Assembly: GCA_038320275.1 (NCBI GenBank)
Contig: JBBQEB010000041.1
Coordinates: 1 to 25,883 of the forward strand
Source: Myxococcales bacterium
Lineage (GTDB): Bacteria; Myxococcota; Myxococcia; Myxococcales; Anaeromyxobacteraceae
DNA length: 25,883 bases
Reading direction: 5' to 3'
Both the position numbers and the translations under genes were made by a program. The notes under the pieces were generated by a model. That model saw only the letters and a list, made by a program, of their open reading frames with translations. It was not told where the DNA came from and ran no database searches. Of the stretch, positions 18,384 to 25,883 are shown piece by piece; the first letter of the stretch is position 1, and each line of letters opens with the position of its first letter.

Positions 18384-20933
18384 ATGCGCGCTCCACCCGG
18401 ACCCGAGCCCAGGACGCCGCCCCGCCCCGGAGGCGAGGGCGCCTCACCGCCGCCTGCACGCCCGCGCCGCTCACTCGCCTTCCGGCTGGCGCTCGCGCTG
18501 GCCGCCCTCGTGGTCGTCCTCGCGGCGGCCGCGGCGGTGGCGGGGACGCTCGCGTGGCGCCACTACGCCAAGGGACTGCCCGAACTCCCCTCCCTCGCGC
18601 GCTACCGCCCACCGGTGGTCACCTCGCTCGTCTCCGCCGACGGGCAGCTCGCAGGCGAGCTCTTCGAGGAGCGGCGGAAAGTGGTGCCGTTCGAGCGCAT
18701 CCCCAAGCGGCTGGTGGACGCGCTGGTCGCCTCCGAGGACAAGAACTTCTTCGAGCACGGCGGCATCGACTGGGCGGGAACGCTTCGCGCGGCGCTGAAC
18801 ACGTACGTGCTGCGCCGGAAGGTCCAGGGCGGATCGACCCTCACGCAGCAGACCGCGAAGTCGCTCCTCGTCTCCGCGGAGGGCTTCGAGGAGGGGACGC
18901 GGCGCAACCTCCGCCGGAAGATCCGCGAGCTCATCCTCGCGCGCCGCCTGGAGGCCGCCTTCGACAAGCGCGAGATCCTCTGGCTCTACCTCAACGGCGT
19001 CTTCCTGGGCCACCACAGCTACGGGGTGCAGGCTGCCGCCGAGAACTACTACCGAAAGAACGTCGAGGACCTGACGCTGGCGGAGGCGGCGCTGCTCGCC
19101 GGCCTGCCGCAGGCGCCCTCCAAGTACTCACCCTTCAGCAATCCGGGCGCCGCCAAGGTTCGCCGCAGGTACGTGCTCCGCCGCATGGCCGAGGAGGGAA
19201 GCATCACCGCCGAGGAGCGGCAGAAAGCCGAGGAGGCCGAGGTGAAGGTCTTCCCGGTCGACGACGTCTTCCGCGAGACAGCGCCCTTCTACGCGGAGAC
19301 CGTCCGGCGCTCGGTCGTGGAGCGCTACGGCAACGATCGCGTGCTGCACGAGGGGCTCCGCGTCGAGATGGCCATGGACCTCGAAAGGCAGCGCGGAGCC
19401 CAGGCGGCGATGCTCTCGGGACTCATGGAGGTGGACCACCGGCAGGGCTACCTCGGTCCGGTGGCGCACGTGGAGGGCGCCGAGCGCGAGGCGCTGCAGA
19501 CCAAGCTCGCCGCCGCCTGGCCGGAGGGGGCGCTCGAGCCGGGCGACTTCGCCGTCGGCGTGGTGAGCGAGGTGGACGACCGGGCGGCGCTGGCGAAGGT
19601 GCTGGTCGGCCGGGCCTCCGCCGTTCTCCCCATCGCCGGCATGCGCTGGGCCCGGAAGCCAAACCCCGAGCAGAACTACCCCGACGCGCTCATCTCGAGG
19701 CCCTCCACCGCGCTGAAGGTGGGGGACGTCGTGCTGGTGCGGCGGGTGGAGCGCAAGGAGCTCCTCGCCCGCGAGCCGAAGGAGCGGCAGAAGCTCGTGC
19801 CCGAGTCGGGCGTGCTCCTCGCGCTGGAGCAGGAGCCCAAGCTGCAGGGGGCGCTCGTCTCCATCGAGCCCTTCACCGGGTACGTGTCGGCCATGGTGGG
19901 CGGCTACGACTTCGACGCCTCCGAGTTCAACCGCGCCACCCAGGCGTGCCGCCAGCCCGGCAGCGCCTTCAAGCCCATCGTCTATTCCGCCGCCATCGAG
20001 AAGCTCGACTACTCCCCAGTCACCCTGCTCACCGACGCGCCGGTGGTGTACCGCGACGAGGCCTCCGGCGTGTCCTGGAAGCCGTCGAACTTCGGCGCGT
20101 CGTTCAAGGGTGAGGTCACGCTGCGTGACGCGCTGGTGCACTCCATGAACATCCCCGCGGTGAAGGTGGCCGCGGCGCTGGGCGTGGACCAGCTCGTGGC
20201 GTGGGCCCAGACGGTGGGGCTCTCGACGCCGGTGAAGCGCGAGCTGGGCAGCGCCATCGGGTCCTCCTGCACCACGCTGTGGAGCCTCGCCAACGTGTAC
20301 GCGCTGCTCGACCGCTACGGCGAGAAGCGAGCTTCTACCTTCGTGAAGCGGGTGGAGGACCGCGACGGGCGGCTCCTCGAGGATCACACCGCGCCCGATG
20401 ACGCCTGGGTGCCGCTCTCCACCCGGCTCGCCGCGGCGGCAGCGCGGGTGCGCGCTCCTCCCGAGCGCGTGATGGACGAGCGCTCCGCCTTCATCACCGT
20501 CTCGCTCCTGCACGAGGTGGCCACGGTGGGCACCGGCGCGCAGGCCGCGAAGCTCGGGAAGCCCGCCGCGGGCAAGACGGGCACCACCAACGACTCCTTC
20601 GACACCTGGTTCATGGGCTTCACGCGCCATCTCTTTGCCGGCGTCTGGCTCGGCTACGACGCCAACGAGATGCCTCTCGGGCGCTACGAGACGGGGGGCC
20701 GGGCGGCCCTTCCCATCTGGCTGTCCTACATGAAGGGCGCCCTGGGCGAGCGCCCCGAGCCTGAGTTCCCCGCTCCCGACGGCATCGCCTTCGTGCGGAT
20801 CGACCCCGCGACGGGCAAGGTGGCGGAGGGAGGCAAGGGCGTGCTCGAGCCGTTCAAGGCGGAGTCGCAGCCGGTCGCCGCCAGCGCCGCGGAACGGCCC
20901 AAGGTGGAGGTGCAGGACCTCTTCAGCCAGTAG
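18384..20933 (+). CDS. mrcA: Class A penicillin-binding protein 1A (transglycosylase + OB-like insert + transpeptidase)
   Basis: Single TM anchor. Transglycosylase 'EDKNFFEHGG', 'GGSTLTQQ', 'RKIRE', 'YLN'; transpeptidase 'RQPGSAFK', 'SMN', 'KTGTTND'. Confidence 0.93.
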   Translation: MRAPPGPEPRTPPRPGGEGASPPPARPRRSLAFRLALALAALVVVLAAAAAVAGTLAWRHYAKGLPELPSLARYRPPVVTSLVSADGQLAGELFEERRKVVPFERIPKRLVDALVASEDKNFFEHGGIDWAGTLRAALNTYVLRRKVQGGSTLTQQTAKSLLVSAEGFEEGTRRNLRRKIRELILARRLEAAFDKREILWLYLNGVFLGHHSYGVQAAAENYYRKNVEDLTLAEAALLAGLPQAPSKYSPFSNPGAAKVRRRYVLRRMAEEGSITAEERQKAEEAEVKVFPVDDVFRETAPFYAETVRRSVVERYGNDRVLHEGLRVEMAMDLERQRGAQAAMLSGLMEVDHRQGYLGPVAHVEGAEREALQTKLAAAWPEGALEPGDFAVGVVSEVDDRAALAKVLVGRASAVLPIAGMRWARKPNPEQNYPDALISRPSTALKVGDVVLVRRVERKELLAREPKERQKLVPESGVLLALEQEPKLQGALVSIEPFTGYVSAMVGGYDFDASEFNRATQACRQPGSAFKPIVYSAAIEKLDYSPVTLLTDAPVVYRDEASGVSWKPSNFGASFKGEVTLRDALVHSMNIPAVKVAAALGVDQLVAWAQTVGLSTPVKRELGSAIGSSCTTLWSLANVYALLDRYGEKRASTFVKRVEDRDGRLLEDHTAPDDAWVPLSTRLAAAAARVRAPPERVMDERSAFITVSLLHEVATVGTGAQAAKLGKPAAGKTGTTNDSFDTWFMGFTRHLFAGVWLGYDANEMPLGRYETGGRAALPIWLSYMKGALGERPEPEFPAPDGIAFVRIDPATGKVAEGGKGVLEPFKAESQPVAASAAERPKVEVQDLFSQ

Positions 20934-20940
20934 CCCTTTC

Positions 20941-20969
20941 TTGATCGGCCTCCACGCGCCGCGTAGCAT
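20941..20969 (+). promoter_or_regulatory. Sigma-70-type promoter for the chemoreceptor
   Basis: TTGATC (20941-20946), exactly 17 nt, TAGCAT (20964-20969). Confidence 0.55.
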
Positions 20970-21031
20970 GGGCGGACCCGTGAAGTCGGGGTCGTTCGTG
21001 CTCACCTCCCGCCGCGGAGCCGCCCCGATCC

Positions 21032-23128
21032 ATGCATCGCCTCATCGAAGAGCTCGGCATCCGGAAGACGGTGTACGGCGTCTTCGGGCTGGTGCTCCTC
21101 GCCCTTCTCCTCGCCACTGGATTCGCCGTCGACCGGGTCATCCGCTCGGAGCTGGAGGACGCCCTCCGGCGGCGCGGCCTGGCCGACGCGCGCTTCGTCG
21201 CGGCCTCGGTCGAGCAGCCGCTCCGCGAGCGCCGCGATGCCGAGGTGGCCACGAGGGTGGCGCGCTCGCTCGGCGAGGCGGACGTCGCCTTCGTGCTGGT
21301 CCAGCGCGCCGACCGATCGGTGGTGGCGCGCGCCGCGCGACCGGAGCACGCGCGAGGAGTGGTGGCGGTGCTCGAGGAGCACGCGCGGGCCCCCGATCGA
21401 ACCTTCTTCGCCGCGGACGGCGTGTTCGCGGTGTACCAACCCATCCACGCTCTCGCCGATGACGAGACGCGCGGCGCGGGCGCCGAGGGAGGCCAGGTGG
21501 TGGGCTACGTGGTGGAGGCGCTCGACGCGGGGCCGCTCGCGGCGCAGCTCAGGCACGCGCAGCTCGTCCTCCTCTCCATCCTGGCGGTGGGGGGCATCTT
21601 CGCGCTGGCGCTCCTGGGCTTCCTCGCCGATCGCCTGGTGGTGCGGCCGCTCACCGCGATGAGCGAGGTGGCCGGTAAGGTGTCCGAGTACGACCTCGCG
21701 GCGCGCACGCAGGTCGTCGGCGAGGACGAGATCGGGAAGCTCGCGGCCTCGCTCAACCGCATCGGCGAGAACCTCACCGCCACCATGGGCCGGGTGAAGA
21801 GCGTCTCCGAGGGCGTGGGCCAGGTCATCGAGCGCATCGCCCGGACCGGCTCCCAGGTGGCCGCGGGCACCGGCACCGTGTCGGCGCAAGTGGCGGAGAC
21901 CGGCGCCTCGATGAGCGACATGCTGGTGTCGCTGAAGGGGATCGGCGCCAACGTCGAGATGCTGGCGCAGAGCGCCGACGAGTCGTCGTCGTCCATCTTG
22001 GAGATGGCCGCCACCAATACCGAGGTCGCGGAGAACATCCAGACGCTCGCCGCCAGCGTGGAGGAGACCACCGCCGCCATCGAGGAGATGACCTACTCCA
22101 TCAAGGAAGTGGCCAAGAACATCGAGGAGCTGTCGGCCACCTCCGAGGTGACGAGCTCGTCGATGAACGAGATGGACGTGTCGATCGGGCAGGTGGAGAC
22201 GAACGCCACCGAGACCGCCAAGCTCTCGGAGCAGGCGATGAAGGACGCCGAGCTGGGCACCGAGGCGCTCTCGCGCACGCTCGCCGGCATCGGCCGCATC
22301 AAGGAGTCCTCCCGGGAGGCCGCCAGCGTCATCGACTCGCTGGGGGGGAAGATCGGGACCATCGGCAACATCCTCAACGTCATCGACGAGGTGGCGGAGC
22401 AGACGAACCTGCTCGCGCTCAACGCCGCCATCCTGGCGGCGCAATCGGGGGAGCACGGCAAAGGGTTCGCAGTGGTCGCCGACGAGATCAAGGATCTGGC
22501 GGAGCGCACCGGCGCCTCCACCAAGGAGATCGCCGAGCTGATCCGCGGGGTGCAGGAGGAGGGCGCCAACGCCGTCGCGGCGATGGATCGGGGGGTGCGA
22601 AACGTGGAGGAGGGGGTGCGGCTCGGCGCCGAAGCGGAGAGCGCGCTCAAGAAGATCCAGGCCTCCAGCCACAAGTCGACCCAGATGGTGAAGGCCATCG
22701 CCCGCTCCACCCTGGAGCAGGCGCGAGGCTCGAAGCAGGTGACGATGGCCATTCATCGCATCGCGGAGACGGTGCAGCAGATCGCCACCGCCACCGCCGA
22801 GCAGGCGCGCGGCTCGGAGCAGATCATGAAGAGCGCCGAGAAGATGAAGGTGATCACGAAGCACGTGGAGCGGTCGAGCCAGGAGCAGGCGCGAGGCTCG
22901 AAGCAGATCACGAAGTCCATCGAGTCGATCAGCGAGATGGTGAACCAGCTTCACCGGGCGCAGAAAGACCAGACCACCGGCTCGGAGCGGGTGCTCTCGG
23001 CGGTGGAGCAGATCCGCGAGGTGGCCCAGGCGCAGGGCAGCTCGGTGAACGATCTCGAGGCGTCGATCATGGACCTCGCGCAGCAGGCAGAGGTGCTGCG
23101 CGGCGAGGTGAAGCGCTTCAAGATCTGA
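21032..23128 (+). CDS. Methyl-accepting chemotaxis protein with elongated methylation bundle
   Basis: Two TM helices, a small periplasmic domain, HAMP ('VVRPL...[13 protein letters not shown]'), and tip '[38 protein letters not shown]'. Confidence 0.95.
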   Translation: MHRLIEELGIRKTVYGVFGLVLLALLLATGFAVDRVIRSELEDALRRRGLADARFVAASVEQPLRERRDAEVATRVARSLGEADVAFVLVQRADRSVVARAARPEHARGVVAVLEEHARAPDRTFFAADGVFAVYQPIHALADDETRGAGAEGGQVVGYVVEALDAGPLAAQLRHAQLVLLSILAVGGIFALALLGFLADRLVVRPLTAMSEVAGKVSEYDLAARTQVVGEDEIGKLAASLNRIGENLTATMGRVKSVSEGVGQVIERIARTGSQVAAGTGTVSAQVAETGASMSDMLVSLKGIGANVEMLAQSADESSSSILEMAATNTEVAENIQTLAASVEETTAAIEEMTYSIKEVAKNIEELSATSEVTSSSMNEMDVSIGQVETNATETAKLSEQAMKDAELGTEALSRTLAGIGRIKESSREAASVIDSLGGKIGTIGNILNVIDEVAEQTNLLALNAAILAAQSGEHGKGFAVVADEIKDLAERTGASTKEIAELIRGVQEEGANAVAAMDRGVRNVEEGVRLGAEAESALKKIQASSHKSTQMVKAIARSTLEQARGSKQVTMAIHRIAETVQQIATATAEQARGSEQIMKSAEKMKVITKHVERSSQEQARGSKQITKSIESISEMVNQLHRAQKDQTTGSERVLSAVEQIREVAQAQGSSVNDLEASIMDLAQQAEVLRGEVKRFKI

Positions 23129-23193
23129 TGCCGCGCCGGCCGCCGCGGCGCTGTCCCTGCTCAGGGCGGGTGCCGCTCTGCGGGGGGATCTGA

Positions 23194-23634
23194 TCAGAAC
23201 TTGTCCGTCCGGCGGAGCCCCCCGGTCTTGGCGATGACGTCCGCCAGTTCCTCCACCGCGCGCCACTCGGCGGGCGAGAGGGGGACCACCGAGAGCCGCC
23301 CCTGGCGGAGGAGCGCCGAATCGGCGAAGGCGACCTCGAGCTTCAGCGCCGCGAGCGGCACCGGCGCGGCGAGCGGCGCCAGCGCGCGCACGTCCACGCA
23401 GACGAGCCCCTCGCCGCCCGAGGGATCGGGGTAGGCGGCGCGGCTCACCTCGGCGACGCCCACCGCTCGCCGTTCCCCGGAGTGGTAGATGAGGGCGCGG
23501 TCGCCCGCCTTCATCGAGCGCAGGTGCCGCTGCGCCTGCGCGTTCTTCACGCCGCTCCAGGCCGTCGTGCCGTCGCGCTGGAGGTCCGAGAAGGCGTAGG
23601 TCTCGGGCTCGGTCTTGAGGAGCCAGTTGGCCAT
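23194..23634 (-). CDS. EVE domain protein
   Basis: 'WLLKTEP', 'WSGVKN', 'MKAGDRALIYHSG', 'AYPDP', 'RQGRLSVVP'. Confidence 0.9.
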   Translation of the reverse strand: MANWLLKTEPETYAFSDLQRDGTTAWSGVKNAQAQRHLRSMKAGDRALIYHSGERRAVGVAEVSRAAYPDPSGGEGLVCVDVRALAPLAAPVPLAALKLEVAFADSALLRQGRLSVVPLSPAEWRAVEELADVIAKTGGLRRTDKF

Positions 23635-23729
23635 GATGACGGTCTACGTAACCGGCGCGCGCACCCGGGCAAGGTGCTCCCCGGGAACGCGCGGAAGCCG
23701 CCGCAAACGGGGCGTGTTATAGAGGCCGC

Positions 23730-24086
23730 ATGTTCGGCCTTGGCATGGGCGAAGTGATGATCATCCTCGTGCTCGCCCTGGTCCTGCTCGGTCCGCAGAA
23801 GCTGCCCGACGCCGCGAAGCAGTTCGGCAAGGCCATGCGCGACTTCCGCAAGGTCACGGACGACCTCAAGACCCAGTTCGAGACCGAGCTCTACCAGGAC
23901 GATGCCCACCGTAAGCCCAAGCTGGTTGAGGCCGCGCGCTCGGCCGCCGGCACCGAGGAGCGCCTCCCGCAGCCTCCCCCGGGCGAGATCCCCCGCGCCA
24001 GCGCCGACAACGTGCCCGGGCTCGACGCAGCGCTCGTGGAAGCGCCGGCTCGAGAGGCACCGCCCGGCGGCGCCAGGGTTCCATGA
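23730..24086 (+). CDS. tatB: Twin-arginine translocase TatA/TatB-family subunit (probably TatB)
   Basis: 'MFGLGMGEVMIILVLALVLLGPQKLP' followed by an amphipathic helix. ATGA overlap with tatC. Confidence 0.85.
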   Translation: MFGLGMGEVMIILVLALVLLGPQKLPDAAKQFGKAMRDFRKVTDDLKTQFETELYQDDAHRKPKLVEAARSAAGTEERLPQPPPGEIPRASADNVPGLDAALVEAPAREAPPGGARVP

Positions 24087-24886
24087 GCGAGCCGGCGAAG
24101 AGGCAGCTCCCGCCCGCGGAGGCTCCCCCCGAGCCCGAGGGCGAGGTCCGGGCCAGCTTCTTCGAGCACCTCACCGAGCTTCGCAAGCGGCTCATCCGCG
24201 CGCTCCTCGGGGTGGCGGTGGGGATGGCGCTGGTGGGCGGCTTCTCCGAGCGCATCTTCCGCTGGGTGATGCTGCCCGTCATCCGCTCGCTTCCGAACGG
24301 CGCCCAGGTCCTCCACTACACGAGCTCCATCGAGCCGTTCATGGTGTACCTCAAGGTCGCGCTCTACGGCGGCATCTTCGCGGCGGCGCCGTACGTGCTG
24401 TGGCAGATCTGGCTCTTCATCGCGCCCGGGCTCTACAAGCGGGAGCGGGGCGTGGTGGTGCCGTTCCTCCTCTTCGGCACGCTGCTGTTCTACGGCGGCG
24501 CGGCGTTCTGTTACTTCCTCGTGATGCCGTACGCCTTCCCGGCGCTGGCGGCCATCGCGGGCGAGGACATGCGCCCCATCCTCACCATGAGCGAGCAGCT
24601 CTCGCTCGTGCTCGCGATGCTGCTCGGCTTCGGCGTCATCTTCGAGGTGCCGGTCATCATCGCCTTCCTGTCGATGATCGGCCTCGTCGATGCCGCCTTC
24701 CTCGCCAAGTACCGCCGGCACGCCATCGTGGTGAACACCATCCTGGCGGCGGTGATCACCCCCACCGGCGACCCGTTCAACCTCGCGCTGATGGCGGTGC
24801 CGATGATCCTCTTCTACGAGATCGGCATCCTCCTCGCGCGGCTCCTCGGCAAGAAGAAGCCGCCCGCTCAGGCCGCCACGCCGTGA
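24083..24886 (+). CDS. tatC: Twin-arginine translocase TatC
   Basis: 'FFEHLTELRKRL', 'QIWLFIAPGLYKRE', 'FGVIFEVP', 'AAVITPTGDP'. Confidence 0.96.
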   Translation: MSEPAKRQLPPAEAPPEPEGEVRASFFEHLTELRKRLIRALLGVAVGMALVGGFSERIFRWVMLPVIRSLPNGAQVLHYTSSIEPFMVYLKVALYGGIFAAAPYVLWQIWLFIAPGLYKRERGVVVPFLLFGTLLFYGGAAFCYFLVMPYAFPALAAIAGEDMRPILTMSEQLSLVLAMLLGFGVIFEVPVIIAFLSMIGLVDAAFLAKYRRHAIVVNTILAAVITPTGDPFNLALMAVPMILFYEIGILLARLLGKKKPPAQAATP

Positions 24887-24926
24887 CTCCCCGCGCCCGG
24901 CGGGACCCGGCGAGGCGTGGGCGCGC

Positions 24927-25586
24927 GTGAAGGCGTTCAACGTCCTGGCGGCGCTCTTCGCCCTGTACCAGCTCGTGCGCCACGGCCGGCAGGCGCTGCT
25001 CTTCCTCGCGCCCGGGCTCGCCCGCGCCGAGGCCGATCCGGAGGAGGGCCCGCGCACGCTCGGACAGGTGCGCGCCGGCGAGGCGCTGGCCGGGCTCGGG
25101 TTCCTGCGGCTCGGCGCGATCGTGGAGCACGGGGTCCTGGGCGGCCACCTGCGCGACGCCGACGCCTGGGCGCACGCGGGGGAGGGGGCCTACGCCGACG
25201 TCCTTGCCGGGGGCGCTGCCGGCGATCGCGGGGCGGTGCGGGTCGAGCTGCGCTCGGTGTTCCCGGATGGCGCCACGGTGGTCACCGCCAACCACCCGCG
25301 GCTCGCCATCGCTGCGCCGGGCGTGCAGGCGGGGGCCATTCCGGGCGCGAGCGTGGAAGCCCTCCTCGCCGCGCACCGCCACGCGGTCTCCCGCTTCGGG
25401 CGCACGCACGGCGTGCCCCAGGCGCTGCCCGACCTGCGCGCCCGGCTGGACGTGACCCGGGCGTGGCAGCAGGGGCCCGGCCGGGGCGAGCTGCGCCGTC
25501 GCTACGCCATGCCCTTCGCCAACGCCTGCTTCGCCCTCCTCCTCCTGGCGGGGAGTGTCAATGTGCTGATGCGAAGCGTTAGATAG
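24927..25586 (+). CDS. Hypothetical membrane protein
   Basis: Hydrophobic N- and C-terminal helices around a soluble core. Fills the gap between tatC and the thiolase, with GC-rich third codon positions. Confidence 0.65.
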   Translation: MKAFNVLAALFALYQLVRHGRQALLFLAPGLARAEADPEEGPRTLGQVRAGEALAGLGFLRLGAIVEHGVLGGHLRDADAWAHAGEGAYADVLAGGAAGDRGAVRVELRSVFPDGATVVTANHPRLAIAAPGVQAGAIPGASVEALLAAHRHAVSRFGRTHGVPQALPDLRARLDVTRAWQQGPGRGELRRRYAMPFANACFALLLLAGSVNVLMRSVR

Positions 25587-25609
25587 TGCCCCCTCCCCGA
25601 GGAGCCCTC

Positions 25610-25883
25610 ATGCGATCCGCCACCAGCACTGACGTCGTCTTCCTCGCCGCCAAGCGAACGCCCTTCGGCACCTACGGGGGCTCACTCAAGGACCTCTCCG
25701 CCACCGATCTCGGCGTGCTCGCCTCCAAGGCGGCGCTCGCGCAGGCGGAGGTCTCGCCCGAGGAGGTGGGCCACGTCGTCTTCGGAAACGTGGCGCAGAC
25801 CTCGCCCGACGCCATCTACCTCGCGCGCCACGTCGGGCTCCGCTCAGGCGTGCCGGTGCGCGTGCCTGCGCTCACGGTGAACC
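25610..25883 (+). CDS. Thiolase (acetyl-CoA C-acyltransferase), 5' partial
   Basis: Translated by hand: MRSATSTDVVFLAAKRTPFGTYGGSLKDLSATDLG...VVFGNVAQT...LARHVGLRSGVP...ALTVN, ending at the window edge just before the expected catalytic Cys. GAGGAG RBS. Confidence 0.92.
   Translation, partial: MRSATSTDVVFLAAKRTPFGTYGGSLKDLSATDLGVLASKAALAQAEVSPEEVGHVVFGNVAQTSPDAIYLARHVGLRSGVPVRVPALTVN

Noticed and set aside
23129..23193. GC-rich hairpins between the convergent chemoreceptor and EVE genes as a terminator
   Set aside because: The stems are short or imperfect, with no U-tract on either strand.

Overview
Very GC-rich bacterial DNA whose gene content and protein style suggest Myxococcota (Anaeromyxobacter-like; inference). 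From left to right: a minus-strand CzcCBA-type RND efflux operon with a sensor kinase / sigma-54 activator pair and a sigma-54 promoter directly upstream of the outer-membrane gene; a divergent etfBA-MBL hydrolase-DCC-EamA cluster; a hotdog-fold gene; a YbjN-like gene; an unusual lipoprotein monoheme cytochrome c with five 48-aa four-cysteine repeats; a candidate ~175-nt structured RNA ahead of a beta-CASP nuclease; an RluA-family synthase; PBP1A; an elongated chemoreceptor; an EVE protein; tatBC; a hypothetical membrane protein; and the start of a thiolase. I saw no tRNA, rRNA, CRISPR array or mobile element. The best novelty candidates lie in 14.2-17.3 kb: the repeat-stalked cytochrome, its Fnr/Crp-like box, and the structured RNA next to the nuclease. 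All product calls come from motif recognition, not database searches.
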